Made by a program: the position numbers and the translations under genes. Below, piece by piece: positions 1 to 10,668 of a DNA stretch of 64,000 nucleotides (position 1 is the first letter of the stretch; each line of letters opens with the position of its first letter). Source of the DNA: Thermoanaerobaculaceae bacterium (GTDB lineage: Bacteria; Acidobacteriota; Thermoanaerobaculia; Multivoradales; UBA5704); the NCBI GenBank assembly GCA_963778565.1, contig CAVZUZ010000009.1:868418-932417 (forward strand), written 5' to 3'. The notes under the pieces were generated by a model. That model searched no databases and had not been told where the DNA came from. It was given only the letters and a program-made list of their open reading frames with translations.

Positions 1-56
1 TCAATCGAGCGCAGGAGCGAGGCGAGCCGGTGAGGACCGGTGAGGACCGGTGAGGA

Positions 57-647
57 TCAGTCGCGCCAGACGCGGGTTGCGGGATCGTACGTGAGCACGC
101 GCACCTTGCCCGTGCGGTTGAAGACCCTCACCGCCGCGAGGCGCTTGACGCCGTCGGTCAGGTACAGCGAGCCGGCGGTCGCGGAGCCGAGCGGGCTGAA
201 GGAGGCGAGGTCCGACTGGTTGAAGCGGATCGGGTCGTCCGTGCTCAACGGCCGATCGGGCGAGCCGGGATCCGGGGGCGGCGGTCCCGGCGGAAATCCG
301 AAGCCGCAGCCCCTGCCGAGGTGGGCAAGCCGGCGGGGCGGCTTGACCGCGGGATCCACGCCGCTGTCGATGTCACGCGTCAGGACGCCGTCGCCATCGC
401 CGTCGCGATAGAGGGTGAAGGTGACCTCGCCATTGCCGGCGGTGCGGAACTTCACCGCCACGTTGGCGCTATGGCGGGTGGCGTAGGACCGCGCCAGCCG
501 CAGGACTCCCACCATCTCTTCGGCCGCCAGGCGCAGCCGCACGTCGCCGGTAATCCGCAGCAGCGGTGGCGTCACGACGGCCAGCAGGCACGCCAGCACC
601 GCGAGGACGATCATCAGCTCCACGAGCTGGAATCCTTTCTGGACCAT
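57..647 (-). CDS. Prepilin-type N-terminal cleavage/methylation protein (GspH/FimT-like minor pilin)
   Basis: N-terminus QKGFQLVELMIVLAVLA is a class III signal peptide (G|F...E5); C-terminal 'F.PLG.A..GSLYL' is typical of FimT/GspH. Confidence 0.85.
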   Translation of the reverse strand: MVQKGFQLVELMIVLAVLACLLAVVTPPLLRITGDVRLRLAAEEMVGVLRLARSYATRHSANVAVKFRTAGNGEVTFTLYRDGDGDGVLTRDIDSGVDPAVKPPRRLAHLGRGCGFGFPPGPPPPDPGSPDRPLSTDDPIRFNQSDLASFSPLGSATAGSLYLTDGVKRLAAVRVFNRTGKVRVLTYDPATRVWRD

Positions 648-671
648 GGCAGACCTCCAAAGGGGGGGCCC

Positions 672-709
672 CCGGGCGAGGCGGCGCCGCGACGGCCCGC
701 CTCGCCCGG
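672..709. terminator. GC-rich hairpin between comEA-like gene and pilin gene
   Basis: ccgggcgaggcgg (672-684) / ccgcctcgcccgg (697-709) perfect 13-bp inverted repeat; no clear U-tract. Confidence 0.4.
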
Positions 710-715
710 AACGCG

Positions 716-1048
716 TCAGCGGGAGTCGGAGCCTGAACGGCTCGCCTTCACCTTGTCCTTGAGGGTCGTCTCGCCGGAGGTCGCGACGTAGGGCTTGAGG
801 AGCTCGTACGTCTTCTCGCCGATGCCGCGCACCAGCATCAGGTCCTCGGGCTTCTTGAACGGACCGTTCTGCTTACGGTACTCGACGATGCGCTGGGCGA
901 TGCTCGGGCCCACCCGCGGCAGCAGGGCGAGCTGCGAGGCGTCGGCGCTGTTGACGTTGACCTTCTTGCCCTCGGCGGCCGCGGCGGGAAGGGCCGCCAG
1001 GAGGATCGCCAGGACTACACCGGCCACGATGCGATGTGCATGCTTCAT
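716..1048 (-). CDS. comEA: ComEA-family helix-hairpin-helix DNA-binding protein with signal peptide
   Basis: KVNVNSA...LALLPRVGPSIAQRIVEYRKQNGPFKKPEDLMLVRGIGEKTYE HhH signature. Confidence 0.9.
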   Translation of the reverse strand: MKHAHRIVAGVVLAILLAALPAAAAEGKKVNVNSADASQLALLPRVGPSIAQRIVEYRKQNGPFKKPEDLMLVRGIGEKTYELLKPYVATSGETTLKDKVKASRSGSDSR

Positions 1049-1409
1049 GATTTCTTCCTTTCGCTAGGTACTGCGTTGACGTTGAGCCTGCGGTACAGCG
1101 TTTCTCCCTTTCCGTGTTTTCGATTCGCCGTTTTCCTCGTCGCCACCTCCTCTCCGTGGTTGACGGCGAGCGGCAAGGATCAAAGCTCCTGCCAGGCGGG
1201 CCGATATGGCGCAAGCTGCTGAAAAGAAGAGAGTTGTCGGTCTGGGGCGATGCCGGGGCGAGGCCTTGCCCGACAAGGGATCGCGCGCGGAGCCGCGGCC
1301 GGAGCGGAGAGGGACCAGGAGCGGCGGGCGTTTACCCGCGTGTCAAAAGATTTGGCGGGCAGCGCAATCTTTTGCGGGGCCCGAGCCTTTCGAGTACAGT
1401 AACCGCGCC

Positions 1410-2087
1410 ATGGCGGAGGAGCGGTCGATCTGGCGCGAGTACCTGGAGGCGTTGATCATCGCCGCGATCTTCCTGTGGTTCACCAACACGTTCGTCATCC
1501 AGACCTTCTACATCCCCAGCCCGTCCATGGAGGACACCCTCCTGGTCGGGGATCACCTGTTCGTGAACCGGTTCATCTACGGCCCTGCGATCAGCGAGCT
1601 GGAACGGGATCTGCTGCCGTTGCGCAAGGCGCGGCGCGGCGACATCGTGGTCTTCCGCTCACCGATGGAGCCGAAGCTCGACCTCGTCAAGCGGTGCGTC
1701 GCCGGCGGCGGCGATGAGGTCCTGATCGACGACCAGCAGCTCCACATCAACGGCAAGGCGGTCAACGACTCGAGTTACGCCTTGCACAAGGGCCCCAACC
1801 TTTCGCCGCAGGAGGCGCGGGACAACTTCGGCCCCCTGGTGGTACCGCCGGGCGATTACTTCTGCATGGGCGACAACCGCGACAACTCTTACGACTCGCG
1901 GTTCTGGGGGCCGCTGCCGGGCCATCTGGTGAAAGGGCGGGCGCTGTTCATCTACTGGTCCTATGGCGGCAGGACCTCGAGCGGGCAATGGGAGAGCGTG
2001 GGGGCGAAGCTGCGGGATCTGGCGGAGACGGCGCTCGGCTTCTTTTCCAAGACCCGCTGGGAGAGGACGTTCCACCTGATCCGCTAA
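1410..2087 (+). CDS. lepB: Signal peptidase I (copy 1)
   Basis: IPSPSM catalytic Ser box, LVKRC Lys box, MGDNRDNSYDSRFWG; ATG at 1410 chosen within ORF 1206-2087. Confidence 0.92.
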   Translation: MAEERSIWREYLEALIIAAIFLWFTNTFVIQTFYIPSPSMEDTLLVGDHLFVNRFIYGPAISELERDLLPLRKARRGDIVVFRSPMEPKLDLVKRCVAGGGDEVLIDDQQLHINGKAVNDSSYALHKGPNLSPQEARDNFGPLVVPPGDYFCMGDNRDNSYDSRFWGPLPGHLVKGRALFIYWSYGGRTSSGQWESVGAKLRDLAETALGFFSKTRWERTFHLIR

Positions 2088-2095
2088 GCTGTTCC

Positions 2096-2794
2096 ATGCA
2101 CGTAGAGAAATCGTTGCTCCGGGAGTATCTGGAGGCCCTGCTGATCGCGGTCATCTTCGCGACCTTCGCCCGCACCTGGGTGGTACAGGCGTTCAAGATC
2201 CCCTCCGGCTCGATGGAGAAGAACCTGCTGATCGGCGATCACATCCTGGTCAACAAGTTCGTCTATGGACCGCGGCGGTTTCCCTGGGAGGAGAAGCTGC
2301 TGCCGATGCGCCGGGTGCGGCGCGGCGACGTCGTGGTGTTCAAGTTCCCCAACGAGCCCGAGCGCGACTTCATCAAGCGCTGCGTGGGGCTGCCGGGGGA
2401 CACCCTCAAGCTGGACGACAAGGACCTCTACATCAACGGCCGGCACGTGGACGACGCGGCGTTCACCTACTACGAGGACGGCGAGATCTATCCCCGCGAC
2501 CTGTTCTTCCATCCCCGGCGCACGCGCGACAACTTCGGCCCCACGACGGTGCCGTCCGGCCGCTACTTCTGCATGGGAGACAACCGCGACAACTCCAACG
2601 ACTCCCGCTACTGGGGGCCGGTGCCCGAGAGCTACGTCAAGGGCCGGGCGTTCATGGTGTACTGGTCGTTCGCCAGCGACGAGGACCAGATCGTCTGGCC
2701 CGGCTATGCGGGCAAGGCGCGGCAGATCGGCCGCGTGGCGCTCAACTTCTTCACGCAGACCCGCTGGGACCGTACGTTCCGCATCGTGCGGTAG
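2096..2794 (+). CDS. lepB: Signal peptidase I (copy 2)
   Basis: IPSGSM, FIKRC, MGDNRDNSNDSRYWG motifs. Confidence 0.92.
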   Translation: MHVEKSLLREYLEALLIAVIFATFARTWVVQAFKIPSGSMEKNLLIGDHILVNKFVYGPRRFPWEEKLLPMRRVRRGDVVVFKFPNEPERDFIKRCVGLPGDTLKLDDKDLYINGRHVDDAAFTYYEDGEIYPRDLFFHPRRTRDNFGPTTVPSGRYFCMGDNRDNSNDSRYWGPVPESYVKGRAFMVYWSFASDEDQIVWPGYAGKARQIGRVALNFFTQTRWDRTFRIVR

Positions 2795-2828
2795 ACTACG
2801 CCGACAATTCCTGCGTACGGAGGGTGCC

Positions 2829-3201
2829 ATGCCACGATGGAGATCGGAACGGGGCGAGGGAAATCTCGGATGTATCCTGTGGCTGCTCGCGCTCGGCCTC
2901 GCGATTCTGATCGCCTGGAAAGCGGTGCCGGTCAAGATGCAGAGCGCGAAGATGTACGATTACCTGGATGACGTGGCGAAGTTCGGTGCGGCGCGGGCGA
3001 CGCCCGAGGAGCTCGAGAAGCACATCCTCGCGCGCGCCGCAGGAGCTCAGCATCCCGCTCGACAAAAAGGCCGTCAAAGTCACGCGGTCCCGGGACCGCA
3101 TCTACATCGATGTCGAGTACACCATCCCGGTGGAGTTCCCCGGCTACACTTACCAGTGGCACTTCCGGCACAAGCTGGATCGTCCGATCTTCATCATCTG
3201 A
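2829..3201 (+). CDS. Small membrane-anchored pilin-like protein (DUF4845-like), frameshift near 3040
   Basis: MPRWRSERGEGNLGCILWLLALG... continues in another frame as ...IYIDVEYTIPVEFPGYTYQWHF; lies downstream of lepB. Confidence 0.6.
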
Positions 3202-4938
3202 TCCGCGGATGGCTAGCCGTCCTCGGGGGCGGCTTCGCCCCCGGGGCTTTGGCGGGTGTTCATCTCGCCGGGTTGATCTTCTTCCTCAATCCGGGCCTGC
3301 CTTTCTCCGTCCGCCCCGTGCTGCGCGGGAGCCTGGTCTATGGCCTGCTGCTCGGCCTGCTCGGCCTCGCCTTGCACCTGCCGGTCACCTGGGGCCGGCC
3401 GCGGCGGGCCGGCCGCATCCTGCCGTGGAGCCTCACCGCCGCGCTGGCCGCCTCCGCCCTGCTCGACTGGACCCACGCCTCCTATTACGCCTACTTCCTG
3501 CCGCCGGGAATCAACGAGCGCCTGATCAAGACCGCCCTCTGGCTCGTCGCTCGGCGCGCTGATCGCCTTCTATACCGCCCTGCTGCACACGCTGCATCGC
3601 CGGCGTTATGGGATCCGCAGCCGGCTGGCCTACGTCTTCATACCTTTGCTCTCGGTCTATGCCATGGTCGAGCGGCGCGAGGCCTTCCGCCCGCGGCCGG
3701 GGCCCGTTCCGCGTCCGGCGGTAGTCGAGGCCGGCCAGCGGCCGAAGCTTTGGGTGGTCGGCGTCGAGTCGGCCACCCTCGACGCCATCCTGCCCCTCGC
3801 CGGCCAGGGCCGGCTTCCCTTCTTCGCCAGGCTGCTGCAGGAGGGCGCCTACGGGCGTCTCGAGTCCCTGTCGCCGACGCTTCGCGACGCGGTATGGACG
3901 ACGCTCGCCACCGGCAAGTACCCGTTCAAGCACGGCGTCATCGGCCGGCGCCCCTATCCGGCGGATTTCCTGGCGCCCGGGGCCCAGTTGCGCCTGCTGC
4001 CGGCCGGGGTCTCCTTCCGGCGCTGGGGCACCCTCGGCGGCGCCCCCCTGCCGCCGGCCGGGCGGATGCGGGAGACGCTGGCCCTGTGGGAGATCCTGCC
4101 ACGGCTCGGCGTTCCGGCCGGCGTGGTGGGCTGGCCCGAGGCCGCTCCGATCGCTCCGCCTGGGGGCGAAACGGTCTTCGCCCTCTCGGACCGCTTCTTC
4201 GGCGGGGGGGCCGGAAAGGATGACGCCTGGCCCGAGGACCTCGCCCGGCGGGCCGAGCCTTTCCGGGCCGCGCCGCGGGAGATCGCGCCGGCGCTGCGCG
4301 GGCGCTTCGGCCCGCGCCCCCCGGAGTGGCTGCTCGCCGCCTCGACCGGTGATCTCCAGCGCCAGTCGCTGACCCTGTCGCTCGCCGATCAGAACCCGCG
4401 CACCGAGGCGGTCTTCCTCCTGCTCCCCGGATTGCGGCAGGTGTCGCGCCGCACCTTCGGCGGCTTCAGCGCCGTGCAGTTCGAGGGCGAGTCGGAGGCG
4501 ACGGGTGCCGCCGGCGCCGCCGCCGAGCGGCTGGCCGCCTACTACGCGCAGCTCGACGCGCGGCTCGCCGATCTGTGGGCGCGGACGACGGGTCCGCGGC
4601 TGCTCGCGGTGGTCTCGGCCTACGGCGCCGATCCGCAGGGAGGGTGGTCGCGCCTGTGGGGCCGGATGGCGCCGGGTCGGGCCCTCGGCGGCGAGTTCCT
4701 GGCGGCGCCCGACGGCGTCGTGCTGCTCCATGGTCCGGGGATCCGTCCCGGCGCCCTGGTGACCGGGGCGCGGGTGGTGGACCTCGCCCCCACGCTGCTC
4801 TACGGGCTCGGCTTCCCGGTGGCCCGGGACCTGGATGGCCAGGTGCTCACGGCGGCGTTCGAGAGGGAGTTCCTGGCGGCGAACCCGGTGACGTTCTTCC
4901 CTTCGTACGAGGGGCTGGCGAGGGCGGACAACCCCTAG
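3198..4938 (+). CDS. Membrane-anchored alkaline phosphatase/phosphodiesterase superfamily protein, frameshift near 3550
   Basis: N-terminal TM helices, then VVGVESATLD, WTTLATGK, VVDLAPTLLYGLG..DLDG motifs; start approximate. Confidence 0.7.
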
Positions 4939-4941
4939 GCG

Positions 4942-5335
4942 TCAAGCCTTCTGCGCCACCAGCTTGGGACCGGCCGCGCCGCGGACGCCTTCGCGGCTCA
5001 TCGCGCAGCGCCCCTCGAAGGTGGCGCCGTCCTCGATGACGAGGGCTGGCGTATCTATATCGGCAAACACTTTGCCGTGTGGGGCGATCTGTATCCTCCG
5101 CGTGGCCAGGATGGTGCCTCTCACGGTACCGGATACGAAGATCTGCCCCACCTTGCAGCTCGCCGTCGATCTCGCCCGATTCACCGACGATCAGATCGCC
5201 CGCCGATTCCACCTTGCCGGTGAGCTTCCCGTCGACGCGGAACGAGGCGTCGAAGCGCAGCTCCCCCTCCAGGTGGCTGCCGCTGTCCAGGAAGCCGTTC
5301 AGGTCGCTCCGCTTGCCGTCCGACTTGAAGATCAT
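4942..5335 (-). CDS. Bactofilin (polymer-forming cytoskeletal protein), frameshift near 5155
   Basis: LEGELRF...FRVDGKLTGKV...LIVGESGEIDG + VSGTVRGTI...GKVFADIDTPALVIEDGATFEGRCAM. Confidence 0.85.
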
Positions 5336-6201
5336 GGGTTCTCTCCCCGCTCGATCAGGACATCGTAGAGCCGCATCAGCTCCTCTTCCGAGTGGAAGTG
5401 GATTCGCAGGTGCCCGCCCTTGCCCTGCCTCCGGATCTCGACCCGGGTCTGCAGGCGGCGGGTGAGCTTCTCCTCCGCGGCGGCGGTATGGACCTCGACC
5501 GGACGGTCCGGCTTCTTCGTCTTCGGGCGCTCCCCTGACGCGGCGGCCGCGGTGGCTGCGGTCGCCAGCCGCTCGAGCTCCCGCGCCGAGAGCCCTTCGC
5601 GCACGGCTCGCTCGGCGAGGCGGACCTGCGCCTCGGCTCCGGGCAGCGCCAGCAGCGGGCGCGCCTGTCCGGCGGTGAGCTTCTCCTCGCGCAGCAGCTC
5701 CCGCACCTCCTCCGGCAGGCGGAGGAGGCGGAGCGCGTTGGTCACCGTGGTGCGGGCCTTGCCCACCCGGGCGGCGACCGCCTCCTGGGAGAGGCCGAAC
5801 TTCTCCTGCAGGGCGGCGTAGGCTTCGGCCTCTTCGAGAGCGTTCAAATCGCTGCGCTGGAGGTTCTCGACCAGCGCCAGCTCCAGCCGCTCGCGGTCAT
5901 CGGCGACCTCCCGCACGACGACGGGCACCTCCGCGAGGCCGGCCCGCTGCGCCGCCCGCCAGCGGCGCTCGCCGGCGATGATGGTCCAGCCCTGGCCTTC
6001 CGGAGTCACCACCAGGGGTTGGACGATGCCCTGGGCGCGGATCGATTCCGCCAGCTCTTCGATCGCCGTCTCGTCGAAGCGGGTGCGCGGCTGGAGGCGG
6101 TTCGGGCGCAGACTCCCGACCGGCAGCGTGCGCACCTCCGCCGCCGTCTTCTCGATCAAGGCGTCGAGGCCGCGGCCGAGGCCGCGCTTCCTGGCGTTCA
6201 C
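5332..6201 (-). CDS. parB: Chromosome partitioning protein ParB
   Basis: KRGLGRGLDALI, QPRTRF, IIAGERRWRAA, ALVENLQRSDL, HTH; GTG start overlaps the parA stop. Confidence 0.95.
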   Translation of the reverse strand: MNARKRGLGRGLDALIEKTAAEVRTLPVGSLRPNRLQPRTRFDETAIEELAESIRAQGIVQPLVVTPEGQGWTIIAGERRWRAAQRAGLAEVPVVVREVADDRERLELALVENLQRSDLNALEEAEAYAALQEKFGLSQEAVAARVGKARTTVTNALRLLRLPEEVRELLREEKLTAGQARPLLALPGAEAQVRLAERAVREGLSARELERLATAATAAAASGERPKTKKPDRPVEVHTAAAEEKLTRRLQTRVEIRRQGKGGHLRIHFHSEEELMRLYDVLIERGENP

Positions 6202-6950
6202 GCCGCCCTCCGCAGGATCTCGCGCGCCAGCGCCAGGTACGCCTCGGCGCCGCGCGACTTGATGTCGTACTGGAAGATCGGCAGGCCGTGGCTGGGCGCT
6301 TCGGCGAGGCGGATGTTGCGGGGCACGATGGTGTCGTAGACCTTGTCGGCGAAGTGCGCGCGGATCTCCTCGGCCACGTCCTTCGAGAGGTTGGTTCGAT
6401 CGTCGTACATCGTCAGCAGGATGCCGGCGATGGCCAGGCGGGGGTTGAGCCCCGCCTGGATACGCCGCACGGTGGCCAGCAGCTCGCTGATCCCCTCGAG
6501 AGCGAAGTACTCGCATTGCAGCGGCACGAGGACGCCGTCGGCCGCCGTCAGGGCGGCCACCGTGAGGTGGCCGAGCGACGGCGGGCAGTCGAGGAGGATG
6601 GTGTCGTACCGGCCGGCCACCTCGGCGAGGATCCCCTTGAGCTTCTTCTCCCAGCCGCTCTCGCCCACGAATTCCACTTCGACGCCCACGAGATCGCGGT
6701 GCGCGGGGACGAGATCGAGGTTGGGGAAGCCCGAGGGGCGGATGGCATCCGGGATGGACGCCTCGCCGGTCAGGACGTGGTACAGGTGCGGCGCGGTGGC
6801 ATGGGCGCCCAGACCGCGGGTGGCGTTGGACTGCGGATCGCAGTCGACCAGCAGGACGCGGCGCTCGAGGGCGCCGAGGCCGGCACCCAGGTTGATGGCG
6901 GTGGTGGTCTTGCCGACTCCGCCCTTCTGGTTCGCGATAGCGAGAATCAT
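6198..6950 (-). CDS. parA: Chromosome partitioning ATPase ParA/Soj
   Basis: NQKGGVGKTTT deviant Walker A, DCDPQ, DCPPSLG, QCEYFALEG, RLAEAPSHG. Confidence 0.95.
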   Translation of the reverse strand: MILAIANQKGGVGKTTTAINLGAGLGALERRVLLVDCDPQSNATRGLGAHATAPHLYHVLTGEASIPDAIRPSGFPNLDLVPAHRDLVGVEVEFVGESGWEKKLKGILAEVAGRYDTILLDCPPSLGHLTVAALTAADGVLVPLQCEYFALEGISELLATVRRIQAGLNPRLAIAGILLTMYDDRTNLSKDVAEEIRAHFADKVYDTIVPRNIRLAEAPSHGLPIFQYDIKSRGAEAYLALAREILRRAA

Positions 6951-6965
6951 GCTCAAATCGTGCTC

Positions 6966-7605
6966 TCAGGTGACGCGGCGCAGGGCCAGGATCCGCCGCC
7001 TCTCGCTGCCGGCGAGCTTGACCTCGCCGCAGGCGGCGAGCCCCGGCGGCAGATCGGGCTCGCGCTCGCCCGCCCAGAGGAGGAGACGACCCTCCTCGCG
7101 CAGGCGGGCCGCGAGCGCGCTCCAGGTCTCGGCATCGAGCCGGAGGGCCCGGGAGGTGATCACGTCGATGCTCTCCGGCAGACCGGCGGGCAGCGGAACC
7201 CGGACTCTAACATTCAGGCACCGGCACGGCAAAGACGCCTGGCGCGCGGCGGCGAGGAGGAAGGCCCACTTCCTCTCGCGCGCCTCGACGAGGGTCATCT
7301 CGAGCGCCGGCCGGGCGACGGCGAGAACCAGCCCGGGAAAACCGGCGCCGGAGCCGAGATCGAGCGCCGGCCGAGCGCCGGCCGGCAGCAGGGGCAGGGC
7401 CGCCAGGGACTCGCCGTAGTGCCGCGCCAGGATCTCCGCCGCCGTTCCCGGACCGATCAGGTTCGTCCGCCGGTTCCAGCGCCGGCAGCTCCTCGTAATG
7501 GGCGCGGAGGGCCGAAATCGTCTGCTCCGGCAGGAACTGGGGCGACAACGCGGCGATCCCCGCCGCGAAGTCAGCCGGAGAGATCTCGGGAAGCTCGAAG
7601 GCCAT
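6966..7605 (-). CDS. rsmG: 16S rRNA m7G527 methyltransferase RsmG (GidB), frameshift near 7485
   Basis: WNRRTNL, HYGESL, LDLGSGAGFPG, VEARERK, ITSRA; upstream of parA. Confidence 0.88.
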
Positions 7606-7628
7606 GCTGACCGCTGGCGGAAGGGGAA

Positions 7629-7644
7629 GGTTTCACGTGGAACA
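7629..7644. promoter_or_regulatory. parS site 1
   Basis: ggtttcacgtggaaca matches the parS consensus TGTTTCACGTGAAACA. Confidence 0.9.
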
Positions 7645-7664
7645 TTGGGTCTGCGAACCGCGAA

Positions 7665-7680
7665 AGTTCCACGTGAAACG
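7665..7680. promoter_or_regulatory. parS site 2
   Basis: agttccacgtgaaacg matches the parS consensus. Confidence 0.9.
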
Positions 7681-7698
7681 TGGCGTTCAGAAACCAAG

Positions 7699-8728
7699 TC
7701 AGACCGGCCGGATCGTCACGCGCTTGAAGTAGCCGTCGCCCTCGCTCTCGGTCGCTACGCCGGGATCGTCCGCCAGGGTCACGTGGATGATGCGGCGGTC
7801 GGCCGGGTTCATCGGCTCCAGGATGCGGGGCCGGCCGCGGCGGCGGACGTCCTCGGCCATGCGCTGCGCCAGGCTGCGCAGCCGCTCCTCCCGGATCTCG
7901 TGAAAGTTGTCGCAGTCCACCCGCACGGCCGTCGCCTCGCCGCAGAGGGTGCGGATCATCCGCGGCAGCAGGTGCTCGACCGCCATCACGAACTCGCCGT
8001 CGTCGGCGAAGCACCAATCGACGTCCTCGCCCGAGAGGTCCACCTCCAGGCGATCCTCGCCCTGGAAAATCTGCGGCGTCAGATCCAGCCCGGCGATACG
8101 GAGCAGCAGCGCGGACGACTTCGCCGCCGTCTCGGCCAGCGGACCGCTCGCCACCGGGTAACGCTCCGCCACCCGCCGCGGCGTCTCCGGCAGAATCACC
8201 AGCCCCCCGTTCTCCGGGCCAGCCGGCCGGGAGGCTTCCGCCTCCCGGTTCGGCCGCGTGAGCCGCGCCTCCTCGCGCCGCCGGCGGGGCCGCTCGCGAC
8301 CCTCCGGCGTCTCCCCGCCCCGCGCGGTCCCCGCCCCGCGACCCTCGCGACCGGCGCGCTCCGGGCGCCGCTCGGTCCGCCTCGCCGATGGCGCACCCGG
8401 CCGCTCGACGCGCGGCAGGCGCCGGATCGCGGGCAACGTACGCCGCCGGCGGCGGGGGTGGGTGGGCGCGCCCGCCAGGCGTCATCGGCAGCGGCACCGG
8501 CGCCTCTCGCCGCGGGTTGTCTGGATCGACCTCGATCACCACCTTGCGGCGCGTTTTCAGGAACCCGTGCCGCTTCTCCAGACTGCGATAGGCCACGTAG
8601 CTGGGGTCGAGGTTGAAGTAGTTGGCGGCCTGGATCACCGCCTGCTGCAGGGTGTCGCCGGAAAAGAAGCGTCTCTTCGGGTCGTTCATAGAGGTCGTCT
8701 CGTGCGGGAGCTCTCCGTCGCCAGCCAT
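7699..8728 (-). CDS. jag: Jag/EloR (KhpB) RNA-binding protein with Jag_N, KH and R3H domains; frameshift in low-complexity linker
   Basis: N-terminal FSGDTLQQAV...KRHGFL; C-terminal LEPMNPADRRIIHVTL...TESEGDG R3H; follows yidC. Confidence 0.85.
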
Positions 8729-10411
8729 CACGCCCCCCGCTTCTGCAGACGGTTGTAAACCTGGAGTTGCAGGATGGTCAAGACGTTGTTGGTCAGCCAA
8801 TAGAGCACCAGACCGCTGGGGAAACCCAGGAACAGGAAGGTCATGAAGATCGGCATCAGCTGGAACATCCGCCGCTGCATGGGGTCGCCCGCCTGCGGCC
8901 CCATGCGCACCTGCAGCACCTGGGTGAGCGCCCATGATGATCGGCAGCACATAGTACGGATCGTGCACCGAGAGGTCCTTGATCCACAGCATCCACGGCG
9001 CCTTGCGCAGGTCGACCGCCGTGGACAGCAGGCTGTAGAAGGCGAACAGGATCGGCATCTGCAGCAGCAGCGGGAAACAGCCGCTCGCCGGATTGACGCC
9101 GGCCTGCTTGTAGACCGCCATCACCTCCTCGTTCATCTTGCGCTGCATCTCGAGGTTCGGCTTGCCCTGCTTGTCGCGGAGCTTGGTCCGGTAGCGGTCG
9201 CGGATGGCCTGCACCTTCGGGTTCAGCTCCTGCATCTTGCGCATCGACATCGTGCTGCGGTGCGTCACCGGCAGCAGCACCACCTTGATGAGGATCGTCA
9301 TCAGGATGATGGCCCAGCCGTAGTTGGGCACGACGTGGTCGTGGATCCAGTGCAGGCCGGCGAGGAGGGGCCGGGCCAGGAAGCCGAAGTAACCGAGCTC
9401 CACCGTGCCTTCGAGATCGTAGGGGAGCGCCTGCAGCCGGTCGAACTCCTTCGATCCCCAGTAGGAGGCGAGCGCCAGCCGGTCCCCGGCCGGCCGCAGG
9501 ACCAGGAAGAACTCCCGGGGGAGGTCCTCCTGCTCCTTGGTGAGCTGGTCCTTGGGCGGCACCGGCACGAAAGTCGCACCCTCCCCCGCCGGCTGCACCA
9601 GCACGGGCTCGAGCACCGCCCGCTCGAGCCCCGCCTGGGGAACTTGGGCGGAGAGGAAGTAGGTGTCCTCGAGGCCCACCCAGCGCAGCGCGCGCCCGGG
9701 GATCTCCAGCCCTTCCGCGGCGCCCTGGGCCTCGACGAGCTTCACCTCGTCTCCCGCCTTGTAGACCGCCCGCCGCCGCTCGAAGCGGCTCTTCATCTCC
9801 TCCGCCGTCGGGTTGCGGATGCCGGGTCCGAGCAGCACGCCCCAGTCCCCGCCGCGGCCGGGCAGACGGATCTCCACCTCCAGCAGGCCCCGTTTGTCGA
9901 AGCCGAAGCGCTTCTCGGCGACCCCGAGGGGGCCGCTGTAGCGGAAGACGACGGAGCGGCCATCCCCTCCTCTCTCGGCCTGGAACAGCGCCCGGTCGAG
10001 GGGATGCGGCTGCAGACCGCGGCCCGCCGTCAGGGCATAGGGGTACGGGCCGCCCGACCGACCGCGCACCATCTCCAGCGCACCGCTGGCCGGATTGGCC
10101 GTCTCCGGCACCCGCAGGGAGACGAGCTGGGCGCCCCGATTGGTGAGCACGGCGCGGGTTCGGCCGTGCTGCAGCACGATCCGTTCCTCGACCGCGGCTT
10201 CGATCGGCGGTGCGGGGGCAAGCGGCGCTGCTGGCGCCGGCGCCGCGCCTTGTGCCGGGGCCGCGCTTTGGGCTGGCGAGGTAGGGGGGGCCGTCCGCTC
10301 CCGCGGCGCCGGTTGCGGCGGCTCCGGCTTGGGCGGCGGGAAGACCGTATACCAGATCAGGACGACGGCCAGGGAGAGCAGGAAGGCGACGAGCAACCGG
10401 CGAGTGTCCAC
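8728..10411 (-). CDS. yidC: Membrane protein insertase YidC, frameshift near 8930
   Basis: NYGWAII, GVNPASGCFPLLLQMPI, WIKDLS.HDPYYVLPI, FPSGLVLYWLTNN. Confidence 0.93.
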
Positions 10412-10461
10412 GGGCGCTTGAATCCTCTTTCGTCGTATCGACTACGGGAACGTCCGCCGCG

Positions 10462-10668
10462 CTACGGCAGGTCGATCCCGCCCGGGTGGAAAGGGTGGCA
10501 ACGGAGCAGGCGGCCGGCCGCCAGCAGGCCGCCCCGCCACGGACCGTGCTTCAACAGTGCGAGCCGGGCATACTCCGAGCAGGTCGGGGCGAAGCGGCAG
10601 GCCCGCGGCAGCCAGGGGGAGACGCGCCGCTTGTAGGCGTCGAGCAGGAAGACCAGAAGGCGCGTCAT
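10462..10668 (-). CDS. yidD: Membrane protein insertion efficiency factor YidD
   Basis: [11 protein letters not shown]...[14 protein letters not shown]. Confidence 0.92.
   Translation of the reverse strand: MTRLLVFLLDAYKRRVSPWLPRACRFAPTCSEYARLALLKHGPWRGGLLAAGRLLRCHPFHPGGIDLP

Noticed and set aside
28-57. ccggtgagga x3 tandem repeat
   Set aside because: A short intergenic repeat at the window edge with no supporting context.
7571-10411. 946-aa YidC-Jag fusion in the ORF track
   Set aside because: It results from frameshifts. The true YidC C-terminus is in the 8728-8952 frame with its own stop.
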